From contig CAVEUC010000018.1 in assembly GCA_963619035.1 (NCBI GenBank), positions 11,988 through 75,987 on the forward strand: a stretch of DNA of 64,000 nt. Direction: 5' to 3'. Position numbers and translations under genes: made by a program. Each line of letters begins with the position of its first letter. The first letter of the stretch is position 1. Below are positions 12,151 to 21,949 of the stretch, piece after piece. The notes under the pieces are model-generated. The model was not told where the DNA came from, searched no databases, and was given only the letters and a program-made list of their open reading frames with translations. The DNA is from Lachnospiraceae bacterium GAM79 (GTDB lineage: Bacteria > Bacillota_I > Bacilli_A > RFN20 > CAG-826).

Positions 12151-12183
12151 TTATAAAGAAAATAACGTTATATTCAAGATTAA

Positions 12184-12729
12184 TTAATTAAGCTTTCGAG
12201 TGAAAACATAAAAAAATCCATTATTATAATAGTTCATTTTAGCTCTTAGTACCTTCCGAAAAGTTAAATCGCAAAAGAAGAAAAATAATAACCAAAAAGG
12301 AACAAGAATAAACAAAAAATAATATGGAACCCCTACTATTTTGTAACTATAATCATCAAACAATTCGATACGATATGCAAAAATTGCGTTAAGAATATTA
12401 CCAATTTCTAATAAATAAAAACCGCTTAAAACTAGTATCGTTAGCCATCTATTTTTAAATATTTTATATTTGCAATCATAGATAAAGAAAACAATAGATG
12501 TAACAATCATTAAAAACATAAAGAAATAAGATAAGCAATCAAATGCTAAAATAATTGGATTTTTAAAAGTTATCCCAAACATTGAAATCCACAAACCACC
12601 TAGTGTTGAAAATAAAAACAAATTAAAAATGTAAATACATAACTTCTGATAAATTTTAACATCTGGAATACTATCTATATTTTTAATAAATATAAAATTT
12701 AAATAAGTCCTTTTATTATTGTTTAACAT
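12184..12729 (-). CDS. Small polytopic membrane protein (4 TM helices predicted). Function unknown.
   Basis: Strongly hydrophobic. Its start overlaps the stop of the 12723..13703 gene by 7 nt. It ends exactly where the queT leader begins. Confidence 0.4.
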   Translation of the reverse strand: MLNNNKRTYLNFIFIKNIDSIPDVKIYQKLCIYIFNLFLFSTLGGLWISMFGITFKNPIILAFDCLSYFFMFLMIVTSIVFFIYDCKYKIFKNRWLTILVLSGFYLLEIGNILNAIFAYRIELFDDYSYKIVGVPYYFLFILVPFWLLFFFFCDLTFRKVLRAKMNYYNNGFFYVFTRKLN

Positions 12730-13703
12730 AAAACCTCATTTATCCATTTTGAAGAAAAATCGGAATATATTTGCCAACCAATAGCAAACCCTTTTTCTAA
12801 ATATCCGAATACAAATAGAGTTGTTATAAATGTAATAATGGCACAACCTAGAATTATTAAAGCAACGCTTATAAGAACCGAAATTAAATCATGACTAAAA
12901 ACGGCAAGAACTAAACTTGAATAAATACCAGAAAAATAAATCGTTATAGATTCTATAATGCTCAATAAACTTGAAAAATTAATTATAGACAAATTATTTA
13001 AAGTAATTATTAATTCATAAATTGTTTTCCAAATACTAGGGGTATTCGAGGCCGTATCTCTTGTTTGATCATTCGCATAAGATGCAATTAGATTATAAAC
13101 TGCAATACAAAAATCCTTAGAACATTTAATCCCAATAAAAAGAAGCGAATTTAAATAATTGTTTGTAGATAAGAAGGAATTTGATTCATTCAACGTTCTT
13201 GTTGAAAATTCAATAGTTTCACTAGTTCCGTATGGGTTTTCAAATTTATAAAATCTACTATTAATATATTTACTATTTTTAACCGGAAACGATTCGCTTT
13301 TATCATTAATCGTGTCTGTAGTAATAAATTTTTTAGAATAATTTTCAAAACATAAACTATCTTCGTTATATTTTTTAATCAAATCATTAGAACAATTGAA
13401 AAATTCTATATTTGAAATATTCTCAATATTATAGTAATTTTCATCAGAAATAATACTATCTTTTATTGCATCCACAATATTAGAAGACAAATTATCTTTG
13501 TTATAATTTAAAATTTTTTGTTTTACTATAGAATTCCAACTATAATAATCTAAATTATAATTTTCAGTAAAATAAACATCCTCAGAATCTTCTAATAATT
13601 CAACTGCTTTTTCTTTGTAAGCTGCTAATTTAGCGGCTTCCGATGTTGATTGACAATTAGTAAGAGCAAGGGCTCCAGTTAGAATTAGATAATTTATTAC
13701 CAT
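12723..13703 (-). CDS. Membrane-anchored lipoprotein of unknown function, with an N-terminal lipobox and C-terminal TM helices.
   Basis: MVINYLILTGALALTNC has an LTNC lipobox. An Asn/Ser-rich ectodomain is followed by about 3 C-terminal TM helices. Confidence 0.5.
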   Translation of the reverse strand: MVINYLILTGALALTNCQSTSEAAKLAAYKEKAVELLEDSEDVYFTENYNLDYYSWNSIVKQKILNYNKDNLSSNIVDAIKDSIISDENYYNIENISNIEFFNCSNDLIKKYNEDSLCFENYSKKFITTDTINDKSESFPVKNSKYINSRFYKFENPYGTSETIEFSTRTLNESNSFLSTNNYLNSLLFIGIKCSKDFCIAVYNLIASYANDQTRDTASNTPSIWKTIYELIITLNNLSIINFSSLLSIIESITIYFSGIYSSLVLAVFSHDLISVLISVALIILGCAIITFITTLFVFGYLEKGFAIGWQIYSDFSSKWINEVLC

Positions 13704-13754
13704 TTATTGATTCCTTTTATTTTATTATTTATCAGTTTAAAAAAATGTAAAGAA

Positions 13755-13778
13755 AAAGATGCACTTAATGCATCTTTT
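13755..13778 (-). terminator. Intrinsic terminator after prs.
   Basis: A 9-bp stem AAAGATGCA/TGCATCTTT with loop cttaa. A U-run follows on the minus strand. Confidence 0.6.
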
Positions 13779-13799
13779 ACGATTAAACTAATTGAAAAA

Positions 13800-14777
13800 T
13801 TAATGGAATCTAGCATATTCATCTTTAATCTTTTCATGAGATTCATGAGATTTAATGACATCTGCTAACATTTCAGCTATGGAAACAATTTTAATCTTAT
13901 TAGAATCTTTAAATTCTGGATGATTAATTGTATCTGTTACACAACATTCTGTGACATAATCTGCTGCTTCAAATTTATCTAAAGCACTTCCATTAAATAA
14001 AGCGTGAGAAGCACAGATATAAATTTCTTTAGCACCTCTATCATGTAAAGCTTTAGCACCAGCTAAAATAGTTCCGCCGGTATCGATCATATCATCGACC
14101 ATAATACAAATTCTCCCATCGATATCACCGACAATATTTGTGATTTCAGCAACATTTGGTCTTGGTCTTCTCTTATCGATAACGACGATATTTGTATTAG
14201 GAATAAAGTTAGATAAATCTCTAGCTCTATACATAGCACCATGATCTGGAGCTACAATAGCGATTTTATCATTTTTATATTTTGGATCTTCGAATTTTTT
14301 ATTCAAATACTTTGCGAATAAATAACTTGGTGAACAATTGTCTACAGGTATTCCAAAGAATCCTTGAATTTGAGGTGTATGTAATTCACAAGTGATAACT
14401 CTTTTCACACCAGCATTTGTAAATAAATCAGCGACCATTCTCGCACTAATTGGCTCATTTATATGAGCAATTCTATCTTGTCTAGCATAGCCGAAATAAG
14501 GAATAATAAGAGTAACTTCTCTACAATTCGCTCTTCTAACAGCATCAACAAAAATCAATGTTTCCATTATCCTATCATTAACTGGTTTACAAGTTGATTG
14601 AATAATGTAAACTTTCTTTCCTCTAACATCACAAGTGATGTCAGGTGTAGCTAAACATTCTCCATCGGCAAAATTCTTTACGATACTTTTACTTCTTTCA
14701 ATACCAATCAATGAACAAACTCTATCAGTAAGTTCCACATTAGATGAGAGAGCAAAAACAAGAATATCTTTTATCAT
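13800..14777 (-). CDS. prs: Ribose-phosphate pyrophosphokinase (PRPP synthetase).
   Basis: Matches DLHTPQIQGFFGIPVD and the PRPP-binding loop CIMVDDMIDTGGTI. The start MIKDIL at 14777 is preceded by an AAAGGGGG RBS; the ORF-track start lies further upstream. Confidence 0.93.
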   Translation of the reverse strand: MIKDILVFALSSNVELTDRVCSLIGIERSKSIVKNFADGECLATPDITCDVRGKKVYIIQSTCKPVNDRIMETLIFVDAVRRANCREVTLIIPYFGYARQDRIAHINEPISARMVADLFTNAGVKRVITCELHTPQIQGFFGIPVDNCSPSYLFAKYLNKKFEDPKYKNDKIAIVAPDHGAMYRARDLSNFIPNTNIVVIDKRRPRPNVAEITNIVGDIDGRICIMVDDMIDTGGTILAGAKALHDRGAKEIYICASHALFNGSALDKFEAADYVTECCVTDTINHPEFKDSNKIKIVSIAEMLADVIKSHESHEKIKDEYARFH

Positions 14778-14831
14778 AATTTCCCCCTTTGATAATTTAT
14801 TTAAATCCAATAAAGGATTTATTAACTTAAA

Positions 14832-14863
14832 TGGAAAATAAAAGCCCAGCAAAACTAGGCTTT
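14832..14863 (-). terminator. Intrinsic terminator after rpmE.
   Basis: Minus-strand AAAGCCUAG-UUUUG-CUGGGCUUU hairpin (9 bp, one G-U pair), then a UAUUUUCC U-run. Confidence 0.5.
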
Positions 14864-14878
14864 ATATCTTTACAAAAA

Positions 14879-15085
14879 CTATTTACCGCTTCTATATTTT
14901 TTATTGAAACGATCAACTCTACCATCACTTTGAACAAATCTTTGTTTACCTGTGTAAAATGGATGGCAATTACTACATGTATCAACTCTTATTTCTTTAA
15001 GTGTTGATTCGGTTTCAAATGTATTTCCGCAAGAAACACATGTAACCTTACATTTGTGATAATCTGGGTGAATTCCTTTTTTCAT
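14879..15085 (-). CDS. rpmE: 50S ribosomal protein L31.
   Basis: [28 protein letters not shown]...[12 protein letters not shown]. This is the Zn-ribbon form of L31. Confidence 0.9.
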   Translation of the reverse strand: MKKGIHPDYHKCKVTCVSCGNTFETESTLKEIRVDTCSNCHPFYTGKQRFVQSDGRVDRFNKKYRSGK

Positions 15086-15183
15086 AATTTACTCCTTCCG
15101 CCTAAGATTCTAAATAATCTTAAGAAAGCTTACGTGCGTTTTATTTTAACAATAATAATTAATGTTTTCAACAATAAATATTA

Positions 15184-16215
15184 TTATTTATGATATTTTT
15201 CGTAAATTTTCTTATAGTAATCAAGCCACAACTTTTTAACATTTTCTTTACTATAGAAATTTGCTATCTCTTTAGAATAATCAACAATCTTATTATAAAA
15301 TTCTTTATCGTCCTTTAGTTTATGTAATAAAGATTCAAAATCCTCATTGTTTTCACCTGTTAAATATGGAGATAAGAATATATCTTTATATAAATCAAGA
15401 TTTCTAACTAAGAATGGAACTTCACAATTAACACATTCAAGCAATGTCATTGGCATCAACTCTTGATATGATGGTAAAAACAATACATCACATGCGTTAT
15501 ATAAATCGTTCATCTTTTCTCTATCAATAATACCAAGGAATTTTAAATTTTTAGGTGGGTTTTCCATAAGTTTTTTAATTTCTTCATATCCAGCAGTCAT
15601 GTGTTTAAAAGTAAAACCACCTGCCCAGATAAATTTTAAATCAGGATTATTTTCAGCAATTTTACAAAAATCGATAATCCCTTTTCTAGTTTGAGTTTGA
15701 CCTACTCCTAAAACTACAAAATCATTTTCATTAAAACCATATGATTTTCTTATTTCATCTCTTTTTTCTTTACTTAATTTAAAAAATCTTTCATTAGAAA
15801 CATAATTAGGAATATATGTAATCTTATCTTCTTTTAAACCTATATTTAATAAATCTTTTTTAAAATATGGGTTAACAACTACAACTTCATCTGCTTTCTT
15901 ATAGAATTTAATTACATATCTTCTATAGATATTAAACATAAATTTAGGCATCTTTAATGATCCATCATCAAATTCAGGAATAAAATGAACATAGCAAACA
16001 TTTGTTACTTTTTTATTCATCTTAAAATAATGAGGAACATTTACAGTATGAATATGACGAATATCATATTTATTTTTATGTTTACCATTAACTGAAACTT
16101 CAAAATCAGGAATGCTTTTTACTAACTCAATTTGTTCAATAGCAGCACTTCCAACACCTTGGCCTTTAAATTCTAAGCCTTTAACATACATGTTTATTTT
16201 TAATTTTTTATCCAT
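15184..16215 (-). CDS. Glycosyltransferase family 4, a possible membrane glycolipid synthase.
   Basis: The C-terminal GT4 EX7E region is FLPSYQELMPMTLLECVNCEVPFLV. The start MDKKLK has an AAAGGG RBS 9 nt upstream. Confidence 0.55.
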   Translation of the reverse strand: MDKKLKINMYVKGLEFKGQGVGSAAIEQIELVKSIPDFEVSVNGKHKNKYDIRHIHTVNVPHYFKMNKKVTNVCYVHFIPEFDDGSLKMPKFMFNIYRRYVIKFYKKADEVVVVNPYFKKDLLNIGLKEDKITYIPNYVSNERFFKLSKEKRDEIRKSYGFNENDFVVLGVGQTQTRKGIIDFCKIAENNPDLKFIWAGGFTFKHMTAGYEEIKKLMENPPKNLKFLGIIDREKMNDLYNACDVLFLPSYQELMPMTLLECVNCEVPFLVRNLDLYKDIFLSPYLTGENNEDFESLLHKLKDDKEFYNKIVDYSKEIANFYSKENVKKLWLDYYKKIYEKYHK

Positions 16216-16299
16216 AACCATTACCCTTTTAATTAATTTTACTTTAAAAATGACAAAAATTATATATGTATTATAATATTCATTTAGGAGGATTAGAAT

Positions 16300-17709
16300 A
16301 TGTTAAGTAAAAAATTAGCAGTTGAGTTAATAAATGAAGCTACAGAAACTGGCGCTGATTTTGCTGAAATTTTCTATGAAGATACCTACGTAAAAAGATT
16401 TTCACTTGAACAACAAGAAGTACAAAATATTTCATGTTCAAATGTTAATGGTGTTGGAATTAGAATTTTAAAACAAAATCAATGTGTCTATGGTTATACA
16501 AACGATTTATCAAAAAATAGTTTATTAAAATTAGTTCGTAGCTTAAATAAATCATTTTCAACAGGAAGAATTATTGAAAAAATTTCTTCATTTAAAAACC
16601 AAAAATATAAGAAGGTTAATAAAGAGACTATTAAATTAATGGATGTCGATTCAAAAGATATTATTAATTATGTTAAGTCTGGAATTGAAGTTATCGAAAA
16701 TTACGATAAACGTATTGTTAGAGTTATCGGTGGATTTTTAATCGAAAGCAGCGAGCGTGTAATCTTTAATTCAGAAGGTAAAGAATTTAAAAAATCTAAT
16801 GAATACGGAAGATTATTTTTAAATTCTATTGCTAGTGAAAACGGAAAAATTGAAACTAGATTTGATGGACCTGGTTCACAAAAAGGATGGGAATTTTTCA
16901 CTAAAGATTTAAATATTAAAGAATTAGCATTAGAAAACGCTACGAAAGTTATTTTAATGTTGGGTGCTAAAGAATGTCCTAGCGGTCATTTCCCAGTTGT
17001 TATCGGAAACGGATGGGGAGGCGTTATTTTCCACGAAGCTTGCGGTCACCAACTTGAAGCTACTTCAGTAAGTAAAGGTTTAAGCGTATTTACCGGAATG
17101 AAGGGAAAACAAATCGCTAACACTATCGTTAGTGCATATGATGACGGAACAATGCCTAACGAATGGGGAAGTAACGATATAGACGACGAAGGAAATCCAA
17201 CACAAAATAACTGTTTAATTAAAGATGGTATTTTAGTAGGTTATTTAGTTGATGATTTCAACGGAAGAAGAATGGGCGAAAAAGGTAACGGAGCTTCTAG
17301 AAGAGAATCTTATAAATATGCTCCTACATCTAGAATGTCTAATACTTATATTGCTCCAGGAAAATCTACCCCTGAAGAAATTATTAAAAATACAAAATTA
17401 GGTATATATGCCGTCTCTTTTAATGGAGGAAGCGTCAATCCAGCAGTCGGTGATTTTAACTTTGGTTGTAGCGAAGCATATATTATTAAAGATGGAAAAA
17501 TTTGTGAACCTGTAAGAGGAGCTACACTTGTAGGAAATGCAAAAGATATTTTAAAACATATCGATATGGTCGGAAACGATGTCGGATTAGGCCAAGGTAT
17601 GTGTGGATCAAGTAGCGGAAGTATCCCTGTTAATGTTGGTCAACCAACAATTAGAGTTGATGATATTACAGTCGGAGGAAGAGGAGGAAGTATTGATGAA
17701 TACAAATAA
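16300..17709 (+). CDS. tldD: TldD family metalloprotease.
   Basis: An HEACGHQLEA HExxxH motif and a Gly-rich C-terminus GSSSGSIPVNVGQPTIRVDDITVGG typical of TldD/PmbA. Confidence 0.85.
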   Translation: MLSKKLAVELINEATETGADFAEIFYEDTYVKRFSLEQQEVQNISCSNVNGVGIRILKQNQCVYGYTNDLSKNSLLKLVRSLNKSFSTGRIIEKISSFKNQKYKKVNKETIKLMDVDSKDIINYVKSGIEVIENYDKRIVRVIGGFLIESSERVIFNSEGKEFKKSNEYGRLFLNSIASENGKIETRFDGPGSQKGWEFFTKDLNIKELALENATKVILMLGAKECPSGHFPVVIGNGWGGVIFHEACGHQLEATSVSKGLSVFTGMKGKQIANTIVSAYDDGTMPNEWGSNDIDDEGNPTQNNCLIKDGILVGYLVDDFNGRRMGEKGNGASRRESYKYAPTSRMSNTYIAPGKSTPEEIIKNTKLGIYAVSFNGGSVNPAVGDFNFGCSEAYIIKDGKICEPVRGATLVGNAKDILKHIDMVGNDVGLGQGMCGSSSGSIPVNVGQPTIRVDDITVGGRGGSIDEYK

Positions 17710-19009
17710 ATTCTTTTTAAAAGCAAAAGAAAAAGGCATTGAAGTTAGCGAACTTAAAATGAGAAAAACCTCTTCTACCACTATTTCTGTTTTTAGAGGT
17801 GAAATCGATGAAAATGAAGTTTCTACTGAATCAAGCATTGTTGCAAGAGGTATTTATAACGGTAAAATTTCTTCAGTTTCAACTGAAAAAACATCCGATG
17901 AATCAATTGATTATTTATTAGATAATATCATTTCAAATGCAAAATTAATCGAGAAAAAAGAAGAACCAAATATTTTTAAAGGAAGCGAAAAATACCATAA
18001 GAAAAATGTTTATTCTAAGGCCTTAGAAGATTGGTCGACTGAAGATGTTATAAAAACACTTTTTGAAATCGAAGCTAAACTTAAAGCAGCCGATTCAAGA
18101 GTAAGCGATGTTCAAGTTGCTTTTTCAAAGACTGAAGAAGAAAAACAATTATTAAATTCATACGGTTTAAAACTTAAAAATAAATCAAATTTCTTCTATA
18201 TCTACACATCAGTTTATATGCAAGTCGATGGTGTTACAAAGGATGAAGGAAAAATAGTTTTTGGAACAGATCCTAAAATTATTAATGTTGATGAAATCGT
18301 AAAAGAATTAGTTGAAAAAGTTTCACCTAAATTTGATGCAATTGATTTAAAAACAGGAAAATATAAAGGTGTATTGAGTAACGATTGTGTCTCAAGTTTA
18401 TTAAACGCTTTAATTTCCAATGCTAGTAGCGAAGAAACACAAAAACATTCATCTTTATTTGAAGGTAAAGTTGGCCAAAAAATTGTATCTTCCAAAATTA
18501 CTGTACTTGAAAAACCATTAGAAAAGAACTGCTTTTTCACATATTTTGATGATGAAGGTGTTGCAACAGTAAATAAAGAAGTAGTTAAAAAAGGTGTTTT
18601 AAAAACATTATTTTATAATCTTGAAACAGCTAAAAAAGAAAATAGAGAATCTACCGGAAATGGTTATGGTTCATCTAGAATTGGTGTTAGCACAGTTAAT
18701 TTATATTTAAAACCAGGTAAATCAAGTGAAGAAGAGTTATTCAAAAAAATCAATAATGGTGTCTATATCACATCAATTAATGGTTTACATGCTGGTTTAA
18801 ATAGTATGAGTGGAGATTTCTCTCTTCAAGCTGAAGGTTATTTAATTAAAGATGGTAAATTAGATAAATTCTTAAATCTTTTTACTGTCGGTGGAAATTT
18901 ATTCAAATTATTTAATGACGTCGTTGCTGTTGGAAATAATTCAAAACTATTTACATCATCTACAAATTGTCCTTCAGTAGCATTTAAAAACTTAAAAATT
19001 AGCTCTTAA
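17696..19009 (+). CDS. pmbA: PmbA/TldE family partner of TldD.
   Basis: The start MNTNKFFL at 17696 follows a GGAGGAAGAGGAGGAAG RBS and overlaps the tldD end by 14 nt. TldD/PmbA fold motifs GNGYGSSRIG and SGDFSLQAEGYLIKDGK are present. Confidence 0.75.
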   Translation: MNTNKFFLKAKEKGIEVSELKMRKTSSTTISVFRGEIDENEVSTESSIVARGIYNGKISSVSTEKTSDESIDYLLDNIISNAKLIEKKEEPNIFKGSEKYHKKNVYSKALEDWSTEDVIKTLFEIEAKLKAADSRVSDVQVAFSKTEEEKQLLNSYGLKLKNKSNFFYIYTSVYMQVDGVTKDEGKIVFGTDPKIINVDEIVKELVEKVSPKFDAIDLKTGKYKGVLSNDCVSSLLNALISNASSEETQKHSSLFEGKVGQKIVSSKITVLEKPLEKNCFFTYFDDEGVATVNKEVVKKGVLKTLFYNLETAKKENRESTGNGYGSSRIGVSTVNLYLKPGKSSEEELFKKINNGVYITSINGLHAGLNSMSGDFSLQAEGYLIKDGKLDKFLNLFTVGGNLFKLFNDVVAVGNNSKLFTSSTNCPSVAFKNLKISS

Positions 19010-19074
19010 TATTAAAATTACATTGAAAACTAAATTTAAAATATCTAAAATTTTAATTATTAGAGGTATTTAAT

Positions 19075-19662
19075 ATGAGAAAAAAAGCAAAAGAAGGCGG
19101 TTTATTAGATCAATTTAAAAAATTTATTAACCGTGGAAACGTTATCGATTTATCAGTAGCTGTTATTATTGGTGGAGCTTTCCAAGCAATTGTTAACGCT
19201 ATGGTAAATGGAATTTTAATGCCAATCATCAGCTGGGCTATTCCTTCAGGTGGTATTAATGGAATTGTTACAATTTTAAATTCCAATGTATCATATTTAG
19301 GAGAATCAAATTCAGTAACTGCTGCTGAAGCTGCTACAAAAGGCATCACAACTGTTGAATACTGGGGAAATTTATATGACGCTTCAAAAGTTAATGTAAT
19401 CAACTGGGGAGCATTCATTAATGCTATTATCTATTTCTTCATCGTTGCATTAGTTTTATTCACAATTCTTCAAATATTCACTTATTTAAGCAAAAAGAGA
19501 AAAGAATTTGAAGCTAAAGAATTAGAAGCTTACTATGAAAAGCATCCAGAAGAAAGACCAGTTCCAGAAGCACCAAAACCAAAAGAACCAACTGAAGTTG
19601 AATTATTAAAAGATATTAAAGAACAATTAGAAAAACTTAATTCTAGTAAAGAAGAAAAGTAA
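19075..19662 (+). CDS. mscL: Large-conductance mechanosensitive channel, with an unusually long TM1-TM2 loop and a Pro/Lys/Glu-rich C-terminal tail.
   Basis: N-terminal match [39 protein letters not shown]. At 195 aa it is longer than the usual 130-150 aa. Confidence 0.8.
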   Translation: MRKKAKEGGLLDQFKKFINRGNVIDLSVAVIIGGAFQAIVNAMVNGILMPIISWAIPSGGINGIVTILNSNVSYLGESNSVTAAEAATKGITTVEYWGNLYDASKVNVINWGAFINAIIYFFIVALVLFTILQIFTYLSKKRKEFEAKELEAYYEKHPEERPVPEAPKPKEPTEVELLKDIKEQLEKLNSSKEEK

Positions 19663-19666
19663 TATA

Positions 19667-19692
19667 AAAGATGGGTTAAACCCATCTTTTTA
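19667..19692 (+). terminator. Intrinsic terminator after mscL.
   Basis: AAAGATGGGTT-t-AACCCATCTTT hairpin followed by TTTT. Confidence 0.7.
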
Positions 19693-19702
19693 ATTTAATA
19701 AA

Positions 19703-19740
19703 ATAGTCGAAAACCATATGATTTCTCGACTATTTTTATT
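19703..19740 (-). terminator. Intrinsic terminator after the EF-G-like gene.
   Basis: On the minus strand, an AGTCGAGAAA...TTTTCGACT hairpin followed by a U-run. Confidence 0.45.
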
Positions 19741-19743
19741 TTT

Positions 19744-21798
19744 TTACTTCTTCAATAAAGAATTCTTTTCTATTACTTTTGCTTTTAAATTTTCTGGTAC
19801 TTCTTCGTAATTTTCAAACTCTCTATTAAAGTATCCGCTACCTTGAGTTAAAGCTTTTAATTTAGTAACGTAATCTAAACTTTCACTTTCAGGAATTAAA
19901 GCGATAATTTGAGTTGTATCTTCCTTATCAATAACATCTTGAACTTTAGCTCTTCTAGAATTAAGATCACTTAAAACATCACCTAAATATTTTGTTTCTA
20001 CATTGATTGTTACCTTTAAAATAGGCTCTAAAATTGTAGGACTACATTTCATATATGCTTCTTTAAATGCTAATATAGCAGCCATTTTAAATGCTAATTC
20101 ATTACTATCGACTGGATGATATTTTCCATCAAATAATATACCTTTTACTCCAATTACAGGGAAGCCAGCAAGCAATCCTTGTTGTAAAGCTTCAAAGAAA
20201 CCTTTTTCAACTGCAGGGAAATAATTTTTAGGAACACTTCCACCAAAAACATCTTCTTCAAATTTTGATTCTTCACATGGTGAGAACTTCATTTCTACAA
20301 CACCATAGAATCCACTTCCACCTGATTGTTTAATGTATTTTCCAACTGCTGAGCCTTCTTTTCTAATTGTTTCTCTATAACAAACTTTAGGTTCTTCTGT
20401 TAATAATTCGATATTATAATTATTTTTAATCTTATCTAATATGAATTGTAAATGAGTTACACTCATTCCACCTAATAACAATTGTTTAGTTTCAATATTA
20501 CGTTTAACTTCAATTGTAGGATCTTCTTTCTTTAATTTATTCAAAACTGGATTAAGCTTTTCTTCATCTTTTTTATTCTTAATTGTAATAGCTTTAAAAT
20601 ATACAGCTGTTGGGAATTTAACTCGTTTATAAATAATATAATTATTTTTATCACATAAAGTATATGAAGTATTAATATCATCTAATTTCGATATTGCAAC
20701 AATATCACCAGAAATAGCTTCTGATGTATTTATTTGTTGTTTACCACACATATAAAACATTGAAGATATTTTTACTAATGAATTTGTTTCAGGACATAAA
20801 ACCTCATCACCTAAATGTAAGACACCACTATCAATTTTCAAAATATTAATATTTCCTAAATATGGATCTACTAAAGTTTTAATAACATAAGCACTAAATG
20901 GTTCATTGATATCGGTTTTTCTTGAAATTTCATTACCATTTTCATCATATCCAACATAAGCTTTTAAATCAGTTGGGTTAGGTAAATAATCAATAAACAT
21001 AGATAATAATGTATGAATACCAATATTATTTAAAGCACTTCCAAAAATTACAGGAACTAATTCTCCTTTTAATACACCAGCTCTTAAACCTTTATGAATC
21101 TCTTCATTAGTCAATGGCATTCCAGAGAAGAATTTTTCTAATAATTCATCATTAGTTAAAGCTACAGATTCGCATAAAGTATTATGCAGTTCAAAAACTT
21201 TTAATTTCTTATCTTCGTAAATTTCATCATCTACACATTCTTTTCCGTTATATTTCCTAGCTTTTAAATCTACAACATTAACAAATCCATCAAAATTATC
21301 GTTATGGCCTAATGGCATTGTAAAAGGTACACAAATCTTACCAAAATGATCTCTTAAATCCTGTAAAATATCTTCATAATCAGGATTTCCTTTATCCATT
21401 TTATTAACATAAATAATTGTAGGAATACCTCTTTTTCTTAACATTTTAAATGATTTTATAGTCCCTACTTGAACCTTACTTAAAGCATCAACAACTAAAA
21501 CAGCACCTTTACAAGAATTAGTAATAGAAATACCTTCCCAAACAAAATCATCATTCCCAGGAACGTCTAATAAATTGATTTTATAGTCATTATAAAATAA
21601 AGGGACTACAGAAGTTGAAACAGAACATAATCTTGTCTTCTCTTCGTTTAAGTAGTCACTTATAGTATTTTTCTTTTCGATAGCTCCTTTTTCTTTATTA
21701 TTCACAATTGAATATAAAGATTCAACAAGGCTGGTTTTACCACTACCTTGATGTCCTAATACGGCTACGTTTCGAATGTTTTTTGACATTAGTGTCAT
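19744..21798 (-). CDS. EF-G family translational GTPase paralogue with a degenerate catalytic motif. It is not in the str-operon context.
   Basis: An AGGAGG RBS precedes MTLMSKN. The G1 motif is GHQGSGKT. The G3 motif is DVPGNDDF against the canonical DTPGHVDF, so the catalytic His is replaced by Asn. G4 is NKMD. All five EF-G domains appear to be present over 684 aa. Confidence 0.8.
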   Translation of the reverse strand: MTLMSKNIRNVAVLGHQGSGKTSLVESLYSIVNNKEKGAIEKKNTISDYLNEEKTRLCSVSTSVVPLFYNDYKINLLDVPGNDDFVWEGISITNSCKGAVLVVDALSKVQVGTIKSFKMLRKRGIPTIIYVNKMDKGNPDYEDILQDLRDHFGKICVPFTMPLGHNDNFDGFVNVVDLKARKYNGKECVDDEIYEDKKLKVFELHNTLCESVALTNDELLEKFFSGMPLTNEEIHKGLRAGVLKGELVPVIFGSALNNIGIHTLLSMFIDYLPNPTDLKAYVGYDENGNEISRKTDINEPFSAYVIKTLVDPYLGNINILKIDSGVLHLGDEVLCPETNSLVKISSMFYMCGKQQINTSEAISGDIVAISKLDDINTSYTLCDKNNYIIYKRVKFPTAVYFKAITIKNKKDEEKLNPVLNKLKKEDPTIEVKRNIETKQLLLGGMSVTHLQFILDKIKNNYNIELLTEEPKVCYRETIRKEGSAVGKYIKQSGGSGFYGVVEMKFSPCEESKFEEDVFGGSVPKNYFPAVEKGFFEALQQGLLAGFPVIGVKGILFDGKYHPVDSNELAFKMAAILAFKEAYMKCSPTILEPILKVTINVETKYLGDVLSDLNSRRAKVQDVIDKEDTTQIIALIPESESLDYVTKLKALTQGSGYFNREFENYEEVPENLKAKVIEKNSLLKK

Positions 21799-21949
21799 AT
21801 GATTATCCTCCTATGTAAGCGCTTACATTATAATTTAATGATACATTATAAAAGCGTTCATGTATATATTTTTTTCAAAAAAATTTTTAAAATAAAAATG
21901 TTTGATTTATCGATTTTCTTGCTTATAATAAAATTAAAAGGAGAACAAA

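Noticed and set aside
16701-19418. Antisense ORFs 16701..16901, 17608..17838, 18214..18540 and 19110..19418 within tldD, pmbA and mscL.
   Set aside because: They are embedded in well-supported genes on the other strand. No independent signals.
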